Positions 1 through 9,890 of a stretch of DNA of 64,000 nucleotides are shown one piece after another (position 1 is the first letter of the stretch; each line of letters starts with the position of its first letter). The notes below the pieces were generated by a model. The model searched no databases and had not been told where the DNA came from. It saw only the letters and a program-made list of their open reading frames with translations. The translations under genes were made by a program, and so were the position numbers. Source of the stretch: Alphaproteobacteria bacterium (GTDB lineage: Bacteria; Pseudomonadota; Alphaproteobacteria; JAAXGF01); NCBI GenBank assembly GCA_963555825.3, contig CAUVXB020000002.1, forward strand, positions 1,312,001 through 1,376,000. The letters run 5' to 3'.

Positions 1-852
1 ACCGGCGAACCCTATGGCGAATGGATCGGACGTAAAATCATCGCGGCGTCGAAACTCGATGAAACCTTACCCGACGGGCCGGCGCCCGATGACGTCCCCG
101 TCGCGCGTGGCCATAGCGGCAAACTGCCCTTAGGCCGTCGCGTCGTCGTCCCGGGCGACAACCCGACGAATGCCTTGGCGCCCGCCACCGGCTTCGTCTC
201 TACGGCCGCCGATCTGGCGCGCTATTTCGCCAGCCCGGACCCGGCGGCGAAGCGCAGCGTGCTCTCGACCGCGAGCCGGCGCGAAATGGTTCGACGGCAG
301 TGGCGCGACCCCCATGCGGTGGGTGAAAGCTACTACGGTCTCGGCGTGATGTCCGGCACGGTCGGCGGGTGGGATTGGATCGGCCACGGTGGCGGTTTCC
401 AAAGCTGCATCAGCCGCACGGTCGTCCTGCCCGGCCGTGACCTCAGCGTCTCGGTTCTCACCAACGCCGTCGACGGGGCGGCGTCGCCCTGGTCGGACGC
501 CGTGGTTCACATCCTGCGTGAATTCGCCGCGCGTGGCGCGCCGACCGCGCGGACCCGCGATTGGACGGGCCGCTGGTGGACCCTGTGGGGCGCCGTCGAC
601 CTGATCGCCCATCGCGATCACGTGGCCGTCGCCTCACCCGACATGATCAATCCCTACTCGGGCGCGAGCGAGATCGAGGTGACGGCGCGCGACCGGGGTA
701 AGATCCGCCTCGCCGGCGGGTTCGACTATCACGGCGAGCCCGCCCGACTCGTCCGCGGCCGCGATGGCCGGGTGCGCGACGTCTGGCTCGGCGGCACAAA
801 GTTCATCTCCGAGGCACGGGCAAAGGCCGAGCTCAAGCGGCGATATGACTGA
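1..852 (+). CDS. Serine hydrolase / beta-lactamase family protein, 5'-partial
   Basis: Frame is open from base 1 (TGEPYGEWI...). Motifs ATGFVSTAADLARY, YGLG and GHGGGFQ are typical of the class C beta-lactamase-like C-terminus. Confidence 0.85.
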   Translation, partial: TGEPYGEWIGRKIIAASKLDETLPDGPAPDDVPVARGHSGKLPLGRRVVVPGDNPTNALAPATGFVSTAADLARYFASPDPAAKRSVLSTASRREMVRRQWRDPHAVGESYYGLGVMSGTVGGWDWIGHGGGFQSCISRTVVLPGRDLSVSVLTNAVDGAASPWSDAVVHILREFAARGAPTARTRDWTGRWWTLWGAVDLIAHRDHVAVASPDMINPYSGASEIEVTARDRGKIRLAGGFDYHGEPARLVRGRDGRVRDVWLGGTKFISEARAKAELKRRYD

Positions 853-994
853 CCCGGCGGCGACGATCGATCTCCATGGCCGCCGTTATCCGTTGCACCG
901 ATCGGATAACCCGGACCGGCGCGCGTAATCCAAAAACGCCGTCATCGGCGCGCCGTCCGAGACCGCGTGACGCTGGCAACGCTATACTGGGCGG

Positions 995-1600
995 ATGACG
1001 AGCCCGTCCCCGCCATCCGCGCCGCGTTCGGTGCGCCAGGCGCCGCGCCGCCGGCTGCCGGTCTGGCCCTATTGGTTCCTGGCCATCGCCATGGCGTTGG
1101 CCGGCGGCGCGATCATCTACACATGGTGGCCCGCCGACTATCCCGGCGAGGACGAATTGGTCAAGGTCTCGGGCGAGATCGCCACCGCCAGGATCCGCGA
1201 CGACATCTCGGATTCATCGGCGGGCGCCTTCATGCCGGCGCTGACCGCGGTCTATTTCACGATGAAGGGGATCGAGGGCGAGTTCCGCTATCCGTCGTCA
1301 CATCCGCAATACGTCAAGGTCCGCGACTTCACGGCGGTCGCCATGGACGTTTGGGTCGATAAGGCAGAGATCGGCACCGGCCGGCCGATGACGATCTGGG
1401 CGATCGAGGAGCGCAACCCGTACAACCTGGTCATGTCGGCGACCTCGATCGGCTACGACGAGATCGTCGGCGAGCTCGCCGAGACCGACCGCTCGATGGT
1501 CGAGGCCGGCGGCTGGCTGCTCGCCATCGCCACCGCATTGCTGACCACGGGGCTTCTGGTGCAACGCCGCAACCGCGGCCTGCCGTCGCTCGGCCCCTGA
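995..1600 (+). CDS. Hypothetical membrane protein with two TM segments (paralog 1)
   Basis: 201 aa with N- and C-terminal hydrophobic segments; clear similarity to the next ORF (PVWPY, IRDDIS, VYFT, FRYPSxHP, DVWV). Confidence 0.75.
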   Translation: MTSPSPPSAPRSVRQAPRRRLPVWPYWFLAIAMALAGGAIIYTWWPADYPGEDELVKVSGEIATARIRDDISDSSAGAFMPALTAVYFTMKGIEGEFRYPSSHPQYVKVRDFTAVAMDVWVDKAEIGTGRPMTIWAIEERNPYNLVMSATSIGYDEIVGELAETDRSMVEAGGWLLAIATALLTTGLLVQRRNRGLPSLGP

Positions 1601-1625
1601 AGACCGGTTATACTATTGCGTTGAT

Positions 1626-2240
1626 ATGCCCTCGCTGTTTTCCATGATGTTCGGCCCCCGGCGGCGCGCGGCCTTCCGCCCGCCGCCCAAGCACCTGCCG
1701 GTATGGCCGTACTACTTCTTCGGCATTGTCGCGCTCGTGGTTGCGACGGTGTTCATCGTCGGCTGGTGGCCGAAGGGGTTTCCCGACGCCGACGAATTGA
1801 CCATGGTCTCGGGCAAGATCCGCACCGTGGTCATCCGCGACGACATCTCAAAGACCATGGCGGGCGCGGCGATGCCGTCGCTGACCTCGGTCTACTTCAC
1901 GCTCGAGGGCGTCGATGACACGTTCCGCTACCCGTCGACCCATCCGCGATATTACGACGTCGCCTATCGCACGGCGGGCACCATCGACGTCTGGGTCGGG
2001 GCGGCCGCGCGCGGCACGGGCGAACCGGTGAATATCTGGCAAATCCAAGAGCACAGCGACTTCAACCTGACGGCGCCCGCGACCTTCGTCGCCTATGACG
2101 AGGTGTTCGCCGCGCTGACCAAGGCCGCGCGCTCGACGGTGCGCTGGGGCTTCTGGCTGCTGTCGATCGCCGCGGCGCTCCTGGTCATCGGCGTCGTCGT
2201 GCAGCGCATCAACCGCACCCGTCCACCCGCCGGTCCCTGA
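1626..2240 (+). CDS. Hypothetical membrane protein with two TM segments (paralog 2)
   Basis: 204 aa; tandem paralog of 995..1600. Confidence 0.75.
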   Translation: MPSLFSMMFGPRRRAAFRPPPKHLPVWPYYFFGIVALVVATVFIVGWWPKGFPDADELTMVSGKIRTVVIRDDISKTMAGAAMPSLTSVYFTLEGVDDTFRYPSTHPRYYDVAYRTAGTIDVWVGAAARGTGEPVNIWQIQEHSDFNLTAPATFVAYDEVFAALTKAARSTVRWGFWLLSIAAALLVIGVVVQRINRTRPPAGP

Positions 2241-2252
2241 CCCCCAACACCT

Positions 2253-2348
2253 CCTTTAAACGTAAGCAGTATACATTTACGCGCGCCCGGAATGTCCGCC
2301 CCCCACGATGTCGGCGCCGGAGAAATGTATACTGCTTACGTTTTAAGG
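2253..2348. repeat. AT-rich inverted repeat (26-bp arms, perfect 21-bp core) between convergent genes
   Basis: AAACGTAAGCAGTATACATTT at 2258-2278 and its reverse complement at 2323-2343. Confidence 0.9.
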
Positions 2349-3281
2349 TGGCGCGGCCCGGCCGCCGATTCGCGCCGGCAGGCGCTCCTTGAGCAGGCGG
2401 ATGTGGTCGGGGCCGATGCCGCAGCAGCCGCCGACGATCTGCACGCCCATGCCGACCCAGCCCTGCGCATAGGCGAGATAGTCTTCGGGCGCGATGATGT
2501 CGACGAACTGCCAGTTCGGGTGTTCGAAGCGGCCCGATTCGGCATAGGCCATCAGCGGGCCCGACCAGTGCCGCTTGAGCACCTCGAGACCGGGCCCGGT
2601 GTCGTCCAAAATCGAGTGCATGACGCCGGCAACGTTGCCGCCGATATCGAGGATCGGGTCGATCGCGTCGTCGAAACCGACCTCGCCGCCGCGCGTATCG
2701 TAGGCCAGCACCCGGTCGCGCGCGTCGTTCATGCGGCAGCTGAAGCCGAGCCAGACCGGCAGGCCGGTCGCCACCGCCGCCTCGACGAACAGGCGCGACC
2801 ACGCGACGTCGATGATCATCTCGGGGATCAGCACGTCGCAGCCCGCCTCGGCGAGCGTCTCGGCCTGCTCGCGGAAGCTCGCGCGCGCCGCCGCTTCGTC
2901 CGGCCGGTACGCGCGGTCCATGTTGGCGATCTGCGGCGACATCGAGCCGGCGATCCAGACGTCGCGCTCGGCCGCCGCGTCGCGCGCCTCGCGCGCCAGC
3001 TCGACGGCGCGCCGGTTGATCGCCACGGTCGCCTCGCCCAGCCCGGCGTGCTCGAGCACGTGGCGTGCGGTCGAGAACGTGTTGGAGATGATCACGTCGG
3101 CGCCGGCGCGGATGTAGTCCGCATGCACCTTGCGCACGATGTCGGCGTGGTCGGTCATGGCGGCGGCGCACCAGGTGACGTCGTCCATCGGCATGCCTTG
3201 GCGCTCGAGCTCGGTGCCGGTGCCGCCGTCGAGGATGATGACGTCGCCGCGCGCGAGGCGCTCCTGCAGGCTGCTCATCAC
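2343..3281 (-). CDS. Homocysteine S-methyltransferase family protein
   Basis: ILDGGTGTEL, H..YIRAGADVI.SNTF and IVGGCCGIGPDHI Zn motif. Confidence 0.9.
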   Translation of the reverse strand: MMSSLQERLARGDVIILDGGTGTELERQGMPMDDVTWCAAAMTDHADIVRKVHADYIRAGADVIISNTFSTARHVLEHAGLGEATVAINRRAVELAREARDAAAERDVWIAGSMSPQIANMDRAYRPDEAAARASFREQAETLAEAGCDVLIPEMIIDVAWSRLFVEAAVATGLPVWLGFSCRMNDARDRVLAYDTRGGEVGFDDAIDPILDIGGNVAGVMHSILDDTGPGLEVLKRHWSGPLMAYAESGRFEHPNWQFVDIIAPEDYLAYAQGWVGMGVQIVGGCCGIGPDHIRLLKERLPARIGGRAAPP

Positions 3282-3291
3282 GCCACCCCGG

Positions 3292-3666
3292 TCAGTCGGC
3301 GCTGAAGCCCTCGCCGGGCTTGCGGTATTCGTCGCGCGGCGGCGCGAAGACGTCGAGCACCACGGCGCCGGCGTCGCCGGTACGCACGCTGTGCTCGACG
3401 CCGCCCGGCGTGCACCAGAAATCGCCCGCCTTGACCGCGGCCTCCTCGCCGCCCTGGATGCGCACGAGTTCGCCCTCGAGCAGCACGCCCCACTGCTCCT
3501 GCGGGTGGCTGTGCAGCGTGCCCTCGGAATTGGGCGCGATGCGCACCACCGAGAGCATCGCCTGGTCGCCCGGGAAGATGCGCGTGGTGATGCCCTCGGC
3601 GAGCGTGCGCGCGATGCCCTGGGCCTCGTCGTGAAGATTGAAGACCCACTGGTCCTTGTTCGCCAT
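3292..3666 (-). CDS. Cupin domain protein
   Basis: HSHPQEQW...GE and PGGVEH cupin motifs; DVFAPPR. Confidence 0.85.
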   Translation of the reverse strand: MANKDQWVFNLHDEAQGIARTLAEGITTRIFPGDQAMLSVVRIAPNSEGTLHSHPQEQWGVLLEGELVRIQGGEEAAVKAGDFWCTPGGVEHSVRTGDAGAVVLDVFAPPRDEYRKPGEGFSAD

Positions 3667-3722
3667 GATCGGTCCCTCTCTGTCGGTTCTGAGGCGAGGT
3701 TAGCGCAGAACGCGCCGCCGCG

Positions 3723-5402
3723 TCAGTTGCGCCGTTCGAGCAGCCGCCTTGCGATGACGTGGGCCTGGATCTCCCCGGCGCCCTCGAAGATGTTCAAGAT
3801 TCGCGAGTCGACCAGCACGCGGCTGATGACGAACTCCTCGGCATAGCCATTGCCGCCGTGGATCTGCAGCGCGTTGTCGGCATTCGACCAGGCGACCCGG
3901 GCGGCGAGCAGCTTGGCCATGCCGGCCTCGACGTCGCAGCGTCGCCCGGCGTCCTTCTCGCGCGCCGCGAAATAGGCCAGCTGGCGCGCCACCATGGTCT
4001 CGACCGCCATCCAGGCGAGCTTGCCCGAGACCCGCGGGAAGCCGTAGATCGGCTTGCCGAACTGGACCCGCTCGGTGGCGTAGGCGAGGCCCAGCTCGAG
4101 CGCGTTCTGGGCGACGCCGACGGCGCGCGCCGCGGTCTGGATGCGCGCCGATTCGAAGGTCTCCATGAGCTGCTTGAAGCCGCGCCCCTCGACGCCGCCA
4201 AGCAGGCCGTCGGCGGCGACCTCGAAGCCGTCGAAGGCGAGCTCGTATTCCTTCATGCCGCGATAGCCGAGCACGTTGATCTCGCCGCCGGTCATGCCGG
4301 GCGCCGGGAACGGGTCGTCGTCGGTGCCGCGCGGCTTCTCGGCGAGGAACATCGAGAGCCCGCGATAGCCGGGCTCGTCCGGATCGGTGCGCACCATCAT
4401 GGTCATCAGGTCGGTGCGCGCCGCGTGGGTGATCCAGGTCTTGTTGCCGGTGACGCGGTAGACGTCGCCGTCGCGCACCGCGCGGGTGCGGATCGCGCCG
4501 AGGTCGGAACCGGTCGCCGGTTCGGTGAAGACCGCGGTCGGCAGCACCTCTCCGCTCGCGATGCGCGCCAGCCAACGGTCCTTCTGGTCGTCGGTACCGG
4601 CGAGGCGGATCAGCTCGGCGGCGATCTCCGAGCGCGTGCCGAGCGAGCCGACGCCGAGCGCGCCGCGGCTCAACTCCTCGGTCACCACGCACATCGCGAC
4701 CTTGCCGAGCCCGGCGCCGCCGAACGCCTCGGGCACGGTCAGGCCAAAGACGCCGAGCGCCGCCATCTCCTCGACGATCTCGATCGGTATTAGTCGATCG
4801 GCGCGGTGCCAGTCTTGCGCGTCGGGCGCGATGCGTTGGTCGGCGAAGCGGTGGAACTGGTCGCGCACCATCTCGAGCGTCTCGTCGCCGAGCCCCGCCT
4901 CGCCGAAGCGGCCGTCGGCGATCAGCTCGGCGATTTGCCGGCGCACCTCGGCCGAATTGCCGCGTGCTATCAGCTTAGCGACATCGGGCGTGCGGAAGGC
5001 GCCGAGCGTGTCGTCGTCGAGGCCCAGATCGGCGGGCCTGACGACCTCGACCTGGCTCATCGCGATGCCGCCCGAGATTTGCGCGAGATATTCGCCGAAC
5101 GCCGCCTGCAACATCAGCGCCTCGAGCGCGCCCAGCCGACCCGCGGTGTCCAGCCCACGCGCCCAGGCGAGCATCTGGCGCAGCGCGGCGACATAGGTCG
5201 CGAGCCAGGCGAAGCCGTGCGCCGCGAACTGGCTCTCGTCGAGCCTCGCGGCATCGATCCGCCCGTCGCGCAGCACCTCGGCGCCGATCGTGCGCCGCGC
5301 CGCCGCCATCAGCCGCTCGGCGGCGTCGAGCGCGGCGGCGCAGTTTGCGATGAGGTCGTCGACCGCAACCGGGGCGGCGGGTCGCGCCATCGACGCGCTC
5401 AC
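3723..5402 (-). CDS. mcd: (2S)-methylsuccinyl-CoA dehydrogenase (acyl-CoA dehydrogenase)
   Basis: ACAD motifs (AVFTEP.TGSDL, GNKTWIT, QIHGGNGY) plus an N-terminal extension (QFAAHGFAWLATY). Directly downstream of ccr; probable GTG start overlapping the ccr TGA (alternative ATG at 5390). Confidence 0.85.
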   Translation of the reverse strand: MSASMARPAAPVAVDDLIANCAAALDAAERLMAAARRTIGAEVLRDGRIDAARLDESQFAAHGFAWLATYVAALRQMLAWARGLDTAGRLGALEALMLQAAFGEYLAQISGGIAMSQVEVVRPADLGLDDDTLGAFRTPDVAKLIARGNSAEVRRQIAELIADGRFGEAGLGDETLEMVRDQFHRFADQRIAPDAQDWHRADRLIPIEIVEEMAALGVFGLTVPEAFGGAGLGKVAMCVVTEELSRGALGVGSLGTRSEIAAELIRLAGTDDQKDRWLARIASGEVLPTAVFTEPATGSDLGAIRTRAVRDGDVYRVTGNKTWITHAARTDLMTMMVRTDPDEPGYRGLSMFLAEKPRGTDDDPFPAPGMTGGEINVLGYRGMKEYELAFDGFEVAADGLLGGVEGRGFKQLMETFESARIQTAARAVGVAQNALELGLAYATERVQFGKPIYGFPRVSGKLAWMAVETMVARQLAYFAAREKDAGRRCDVEAGMAKLLAARVAWSNADNALQIHGGNGYAEEFVISRVLVDSRILNIFEGAGEIQAHVIARRLLERRN

Positions 5403-6685
5403 GCCTCGCGGGCGTCTTCGAGGGTGCGCAGGCCGGGGCGCTTGGCCTGAACGAGGACCGCCATGTTGCCCGGCTTGTGCTCGTTGTTGAGCATCTTGGT
5501 ATGCGCCCGCGGGATATCCTCCCAGCCGAACACCTCGCTCATGCACGGGTCGATGCGCCGCCCGACGACCAGGCGGTTGGCCTGGGCGGCCTGCAGCAGG
5601 TTGGCGAAATGGCTGCCCTGGATGCGCTTCTGGCGCATCCAGACGAAGCGCGCGTCGAAGGTCAGGTTGTAGCCCGTGGTGCCGGCGCAGAACACCACCA
5701 TGCCGCCGCGCTTGACGACGAAGCAGGAGACCGGGAAGGTCTGCTCGCCGGGGTGCTCGAAGACGAAGTCGACGTCGTTGCCCTTGCCGGTGACCGCCCA
5801 GATCGCCTTGCCGAACTCGCGCACCTTCTTGGCGTATGCGGCGTAGCCCTCGGCGTCGTCGATGTCGGGGCAGCGGCCCCAGCAGTCGAACTTCGTGCGG
5901 TTGATCGCCGCCGTGGCGCCGAGCGAGCGGACGAAGTCCTCCTTGTCGTCGTCGGAGATCACCGCGATGGCGTTGGCGCCGGCCGTCGCGATCAGCTGGA
6001 TCGCCATCGAGCCGAGGCCGCCCGCGCCGCCCCACACCAGCACATTGTGACCGGGGCGCAGGATATGCGGGCGGTGGCCGAACAGCATGCGATAGGCGGT
6101 GGCGAGCGTCAGCACATAGCAGCCGCTCTCCTCCCAGGTCAGGTGGCGCGGCCGCGGCATGAGCTGGCGCGACTGGACGCGGGCGAACTGGGCGAACGAG
6201 CCGTCGGGCGTCTCGTAGCCCCAGATGCGCTGGCTTGGCGACAGCATCGGGTCGCCGCCGTTGCACTGCTCGTCGTCGCCGTCGTCCTGGTTGCAGTGGG
6301 CGACGACCTCGTCGCCGACCTTCCAGCGCGTCACCCGGCGGCCGACCGCCCAGACGACGCCCGAACAGTCCGAGCCGGCGACGTGGTAGTCGGCCTTGTG
6401 GATGTCGAACGGCGAGACCGGCTTGCCGAGCGCGGCCCAGACGCCGTTGTAGTTGACTCCGGCGGCCATCACCAGGACCAGCACCTCGTCGGAATCGATG
6501 TCGGGTGTCTGCACCGCCTCGACCCGCATGGCGTCCTCGGGCGTGCCGTGGCGCTCGCGGCGGATCGCCCAGGCGTACATCTTCTCGGGCACGTGACCCA
6601 AGGGCGGGATCTCGCCGATCTCGTAGAGATCCTTGCGCTCGCCCGCGTCCCCATCGACCGCGATGGCTTCCGCCGCATCGCTCAT
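5399..6685 (-). CDS. ccr: Crotonyl-CoA carboxylase/reductase
   Basis: KDLYEIGEIPPLGHVP, MAAGVNYNGVWA, IWGYETPDGSFAQF, WMRQKRIQGSHFAN. Confidence 0.95.
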   Translation of the reverse strand: MSDAAEAIAVDGDAGERKDLYEIGEIPPLGHVPEKMYAWAIRRERHGTPEDAMRVEAVQTPDIDSDEVLVLVMAAGVNYNGVWAALGKPVSPFDIHKADYHVAGSDCSGVVWAVGRRVTRWKVGDEVVAHCNQDDGDDEQCNGGDPMLSPSQRIWGYETPDGSFAQFARVQSRQLMPRPRHLTWEESGCYVLTLATAYRMLFGHRPHILRPGHNVLVWGGAGGLGSMAIQLIATAGANAIAVISDDDKEDFVRSLGATAAINRTKFDCWGRCPDIDDAEGYAAYAKKVREFGKAIWAVTGKGNDVDFVFEHPGEQTFPVSCFVVKRGGMVVFCAGTTGYNLTFDARFVWMRQKRIQGSHFANLLQAAQANRLVVGRRIDPCMSEVFGWEDIPRAHTKMLNNEHKPGNMAVLVQAKRPGLRTLEDAREA

Positions 6686-6840
6686 GTCACCGCCCTCCGG
6701 CTGTCTCTTCGGCGCGCTGCACGGCGCGCCGGACGTCGCGCCATTCTTCGCGTTGCGCCGGCTTTTGGCAAGGCCTTGTTGCGCTGCACCATAGAATATG
6801 CTCCCCTAATACCGGAGCACACGGGCCTTCGGGGGCGGAG

Positions 6841-8808
6841 ATGAGCGACAAGCCGTGGATCATGCGCACCTACGCCGGCCATTCGACGGCCGAGGCCTCG
6901 AACGCGCTCTACCGCAACAATCTCGAGCACGGCCAGACCGGCCTTTCGGTCGCCTTCGACCTGCCGACCCAGACCGGCTACGACCCCGACCACCCCTTGG
7001 CGCGCGGCGAGGTCGGCAAGGTCGGCGTGCCGGTCAGCCATATCGGCGACATGGCGGCGCTGTTCGACGGCATCCCGCTCGAGCGCATGAACACCTCGAT
7101 GACGATCAACGCCACCGCGGCTTGGCTGATGGCGCTCTATATCGCGCTCGCCGACCGCCGGGGCGTCGACCGTTCCGCGCTCGCCGGCACGGTGCAGAAC
7201 GACATCGTCAAGGAGTATCTCTCGCGCGGCACCTACATCTTCCCGCCCGGCCCGAGCATGCGGCTGATCGGCGACGTCATCGCCTTCACCTGCCGCGAGG
7301 CGCCAAAGTGGAACCCGATCAACGTCTGCTCGTACCACCTGCAGGAGGCCGGCGCCACGCCAGTGCAGGAACTCGCCTTCGCGCTGGCGACCGCGACCGC
7401 CGTGTTGGACGCGGTGCGCGATGCCGGCCAGGTGCCGGAGCCCGAGTTCGCGCGGGTGGTCGGCCGCGTCAGCTTCTTCGTCAACGCCGGCACGCGGCTG
7501 ATCACCGAGATCTGCAAGCTGCGCGCCTTCACCGATTTGTGGGACGAGATCACGGCGCAGCGCTATGGCGTCGAGGACGCCAAGCTGCGCCGCTTCCGCT
7601 ACGGCGTCCAGGTCAACTCGTTGAACCTGACCGAGCAGCAGCCCGAGAACAACGTCTACCGGATCCTGATCGAGATGCTCGCCGTCGTCATGTCGAAGGA
7701 CGCGCGGGCGCGCGCCGTGCAGCTGCCGGCGTGGAACGAGGCGCTCGGCCTGCCCAGGCCGTGGGACCAGCAGTGGAGCCTGCGCCTGCAGCAGATCGTC
7801 GCCTTCGAGACCGACCTGCTCGAATACGACGACGTCTTCGCCGGTTCGCCGGTGATCGCCGCCAAGGTCGCCGAGCTCAAGGCCGAGGCGGCCGAGGAGC
7901 TCGCGCGCATCGAGCGCATCGGCGGCACGCTGGCCGCCGTCAAGTCGGGCTACATGAAGGAATGCCTGGTCGAGAGCCACGCGCGCCGCGTCGCCGCCAT
8001 CGAGGCGGGCGCGCAGACCGTCGTCGGCGTCAACGCCTATACCGCGACCCAGCCCTCGCCGCTCACCGGCAACGCCGGCGTGGCGATGACCTTCGATCCG
8101 TCGGTCGAGGCCGCGCAGATCGACAAGATCATCGCCTGGCGCGCCGCTCGCGAGGCGGCGGCGGTCGATGCCGCGCTCGCCGATCTCGAGGCCGCCGCCA
8201 GAGAAGGCCGCAACGTCATGGAACCGTCGATCGCCTGCGCCAAGGCCGGCGTCACCACGGGCGAGTGGGCCGGCGCGCTGCGTGCCGTGTTCGGCGAATA
8301 CCGCGCGCCGACCGGCATCGGCGGGGCGCCGGCGGCCGACGCCGAGTCGCTCGTCGAGGTTCGCGGCCGCGCCGAGGCCGCGGCACGCACGCTCGGCCGG
8401 CCGATCAAGCTGCTGGTCGCCAAGCCCGGCCTCGACGGCCATTCGAACGGCGCCGAGCAGATCGCCGTGCGCGCCCGCGACTGCGGCCTCGAGGTGGTCT
8501 ACGAGGGCATCCGCCTGACGCCCGAGCAGATCGCCAATTCGGCGCTCGAGGAGGCCGTCCACGTCGTCGGCCTGTCGATCCTGTCGGGCTCGCACAACGC
8601 GCTCGTCGCCGAGGTGCTGGCGCGCATGGCCGCGCTCGGCATCGGCGACGTGCCGGTCGTCGTCGGCGGCATCATCCCGCCCGACGACGCCGAGACCCTG
8701 ACCCAGGCCGGCGTCGCGCGCATCTACACGCCCAAGGACTTCGAGCTGACCCAGATCATCGGCGACATCGTCGCCCTGGCCGAAAGCGGCGCCAAGGAGG
8801 CGGCGTGA
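6841..8808 (+). CDS. ecm: Ethylmalonyl-CoA mutase (MeaA), B12-dependent
   Basis: Starts MSDKPWIMRTYAGHS; B12 motif KPGLDGHSNG; divergent from ccr. Confidence 0.95.
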   Translation: MSDKPWIMRTYAGHSTAEASNALYRNNLEHGQTGLSVAFDLPTQTGYDPDHPLARGEVGKVGVPVSHIGDMAALFDGIPLERMNTSMTINATAAWLMALYIALADRRGVDRSALAGTVQNDIVKEYLSRGTYIFPPGPSMRLIGDVIAFTCREAPKWNPINVCSYHLQEAGATPVQELAFALATATAVLDAVRDAGQVPEPEFARVVGRVSFFVNAGTRLITEICKLRAFTDLWDEITAQRYGVEDAKLRRFRYGVQVNSLNLTEQQPENNVYRILIEMLAVVMSKDARARAVQLPAWNEALGLPRPWDQQWSLRLQQIVAFETDLLEYDDVFAGSPVIAAKVAELKAEAAEELARIERIGGTLAAVKSGYMKECLVESHARRVAAIEAGAQTVVGVNAYTATQPSPLTGNAGVAMTFDPSVEAAQIDKIIAWRAAREAAAVDAALADLEAAAREGRNVMEPSIACAKAGVTTGEWAGALRAVFGEYRAPTGIGGAPAADAESLVEVRGRAEAAARTLGRPIKLLVAKPGLDGHSNGAEQIAVRARDCGLEVVYEGIRLTPEQIANSALEEAVHVVGLSILSGSHNALVAEVLARMAALGIGDVPVVVGGIIPPDDAETLTQAGVARIYTPKDFELTQIIGDIVALAESGAKEAA

Positions 8809-8822
8809 GAGGGAGGCGAGCG

Positions 8823-8975
8823 ATGCGGCGGATGGGTTTCGCGCTGGTGATCTTGACGACGGCGGCCCTCGCCACGCCGGCGGCGTCGGCCGAGCCGGTG
8901 CCGCCGATCGACTGGCGCGATTTCGTCGACGAGGTGGCCGACCCCGATTTCGAGGTCGGCGAGGAGGCGTGTTAG
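8823..8975 (+). CDS. Small putative exported protein (50 aa), possibly a gene remnant
   Basis: GGAGG RBS upstream; signal-peptide-like N-terminus MRRMGFALVILTTAALATPAASA. Confidence 0.4.
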   Translation: MRRMGFALVILTTAALATPAASAEPVPPIDWRDFVDEVADPDFEVGEEAC

Positions 8976-9022
8976 GAGCCTGTCCGAGAACGCATCCGAC
9001 GAGACCGGCACGGGGACGTAAA

Positions 9023-9845
9023 ATGATTCCGTTGATCGATTCGGCCCGCTACCCGCTCGACCAGGCCGACCACCCGGCGACGGAGGCCCTCGTCGCGCGC
9101 TGTCGCGCCGAGCTCGCCGAGCGCGCGGTGTGCGTCGTCGAGCGGCTGCTGACGCCCGCCGCGCTCGCGGCCATGGCGGCCGAGGCCGAGCGGCTCGCGC
9201 CGCTCGCGCACCACCGCGCGGCGCGGCGCAACTGCTATATCGGCGTCGAGAACGATCCGTCGCTGCCCGCCAGCCACCCGCGGCGGCGTTTCATGGCGAC
9301 GACGCTGGGCGTGGTCGCCGATGACTTGATCCCGGCCGACGCGCTGGTCCGCGAGCTCTACGACTGGCCGGCCTTCCAGGGCTTCCTGGCGGCCATCATG
9401 GGCTACCCGGCGCTCTATCCCAACGAGGACCGCTTCCAGGCGCTCAACGTCATCGTCTACGAGCCCGGCGAGCAGTCGGACTGGCATTTCGACCCCGACA
9501 ACGATTTCACCGTGACGCTGCTTCTCCAAGAGGCCGAAGAAGGCGGCGACTTCTCGCTCGTCCCCGACATCCGCGGCACGGCGGACGAAAACTACGACCG
9601 CCGTCGGGCGCGTGCTCGACGGCGACGAAGCGCGCGTCGTCCGCGTCGCCAGGCCGCCCGGCTCGCTGGTCGTCTTCCGCGGCCACGATTCGCTCCACCG
9701 CGTCGCCACCGTGCGCGGCGGACGACGCCGGCTCGTCGCCGTGATGTGCTACGAGGACCACCCCGGCGTGGTCGGCGACCCGGCGGTCAACGCCGCCATC
9801 TACGGCCCCCGCGTCGCCGCGCTTGAGGCCGGCGATTCCCAATAG
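9023..9845 (+). pseudogene. 2OG-Fe(II) dioxygenase family protein with a frameshift near 9600
   Basis: WHFD (HxD), FTVTLLLQ and GGDF lie in one frame; FRGHDSLHRV...RR (distal His/Arg) lies in another. Confidence 0.75.
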
Positions 9846-9890
9846 CCCGCCGCCGCGCTATCTTGGCGGCGCATCGATCGGAGGCGGCGG

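Noticed and set aside
5403-6266. N-terminal extension of the 847-aa ORF (and the 767-, 679- and 539-aa extended ORFs)
   Set aside because: These are open frames overlapping neighbouring genes in high-GC DNA; the real starts are downstream.
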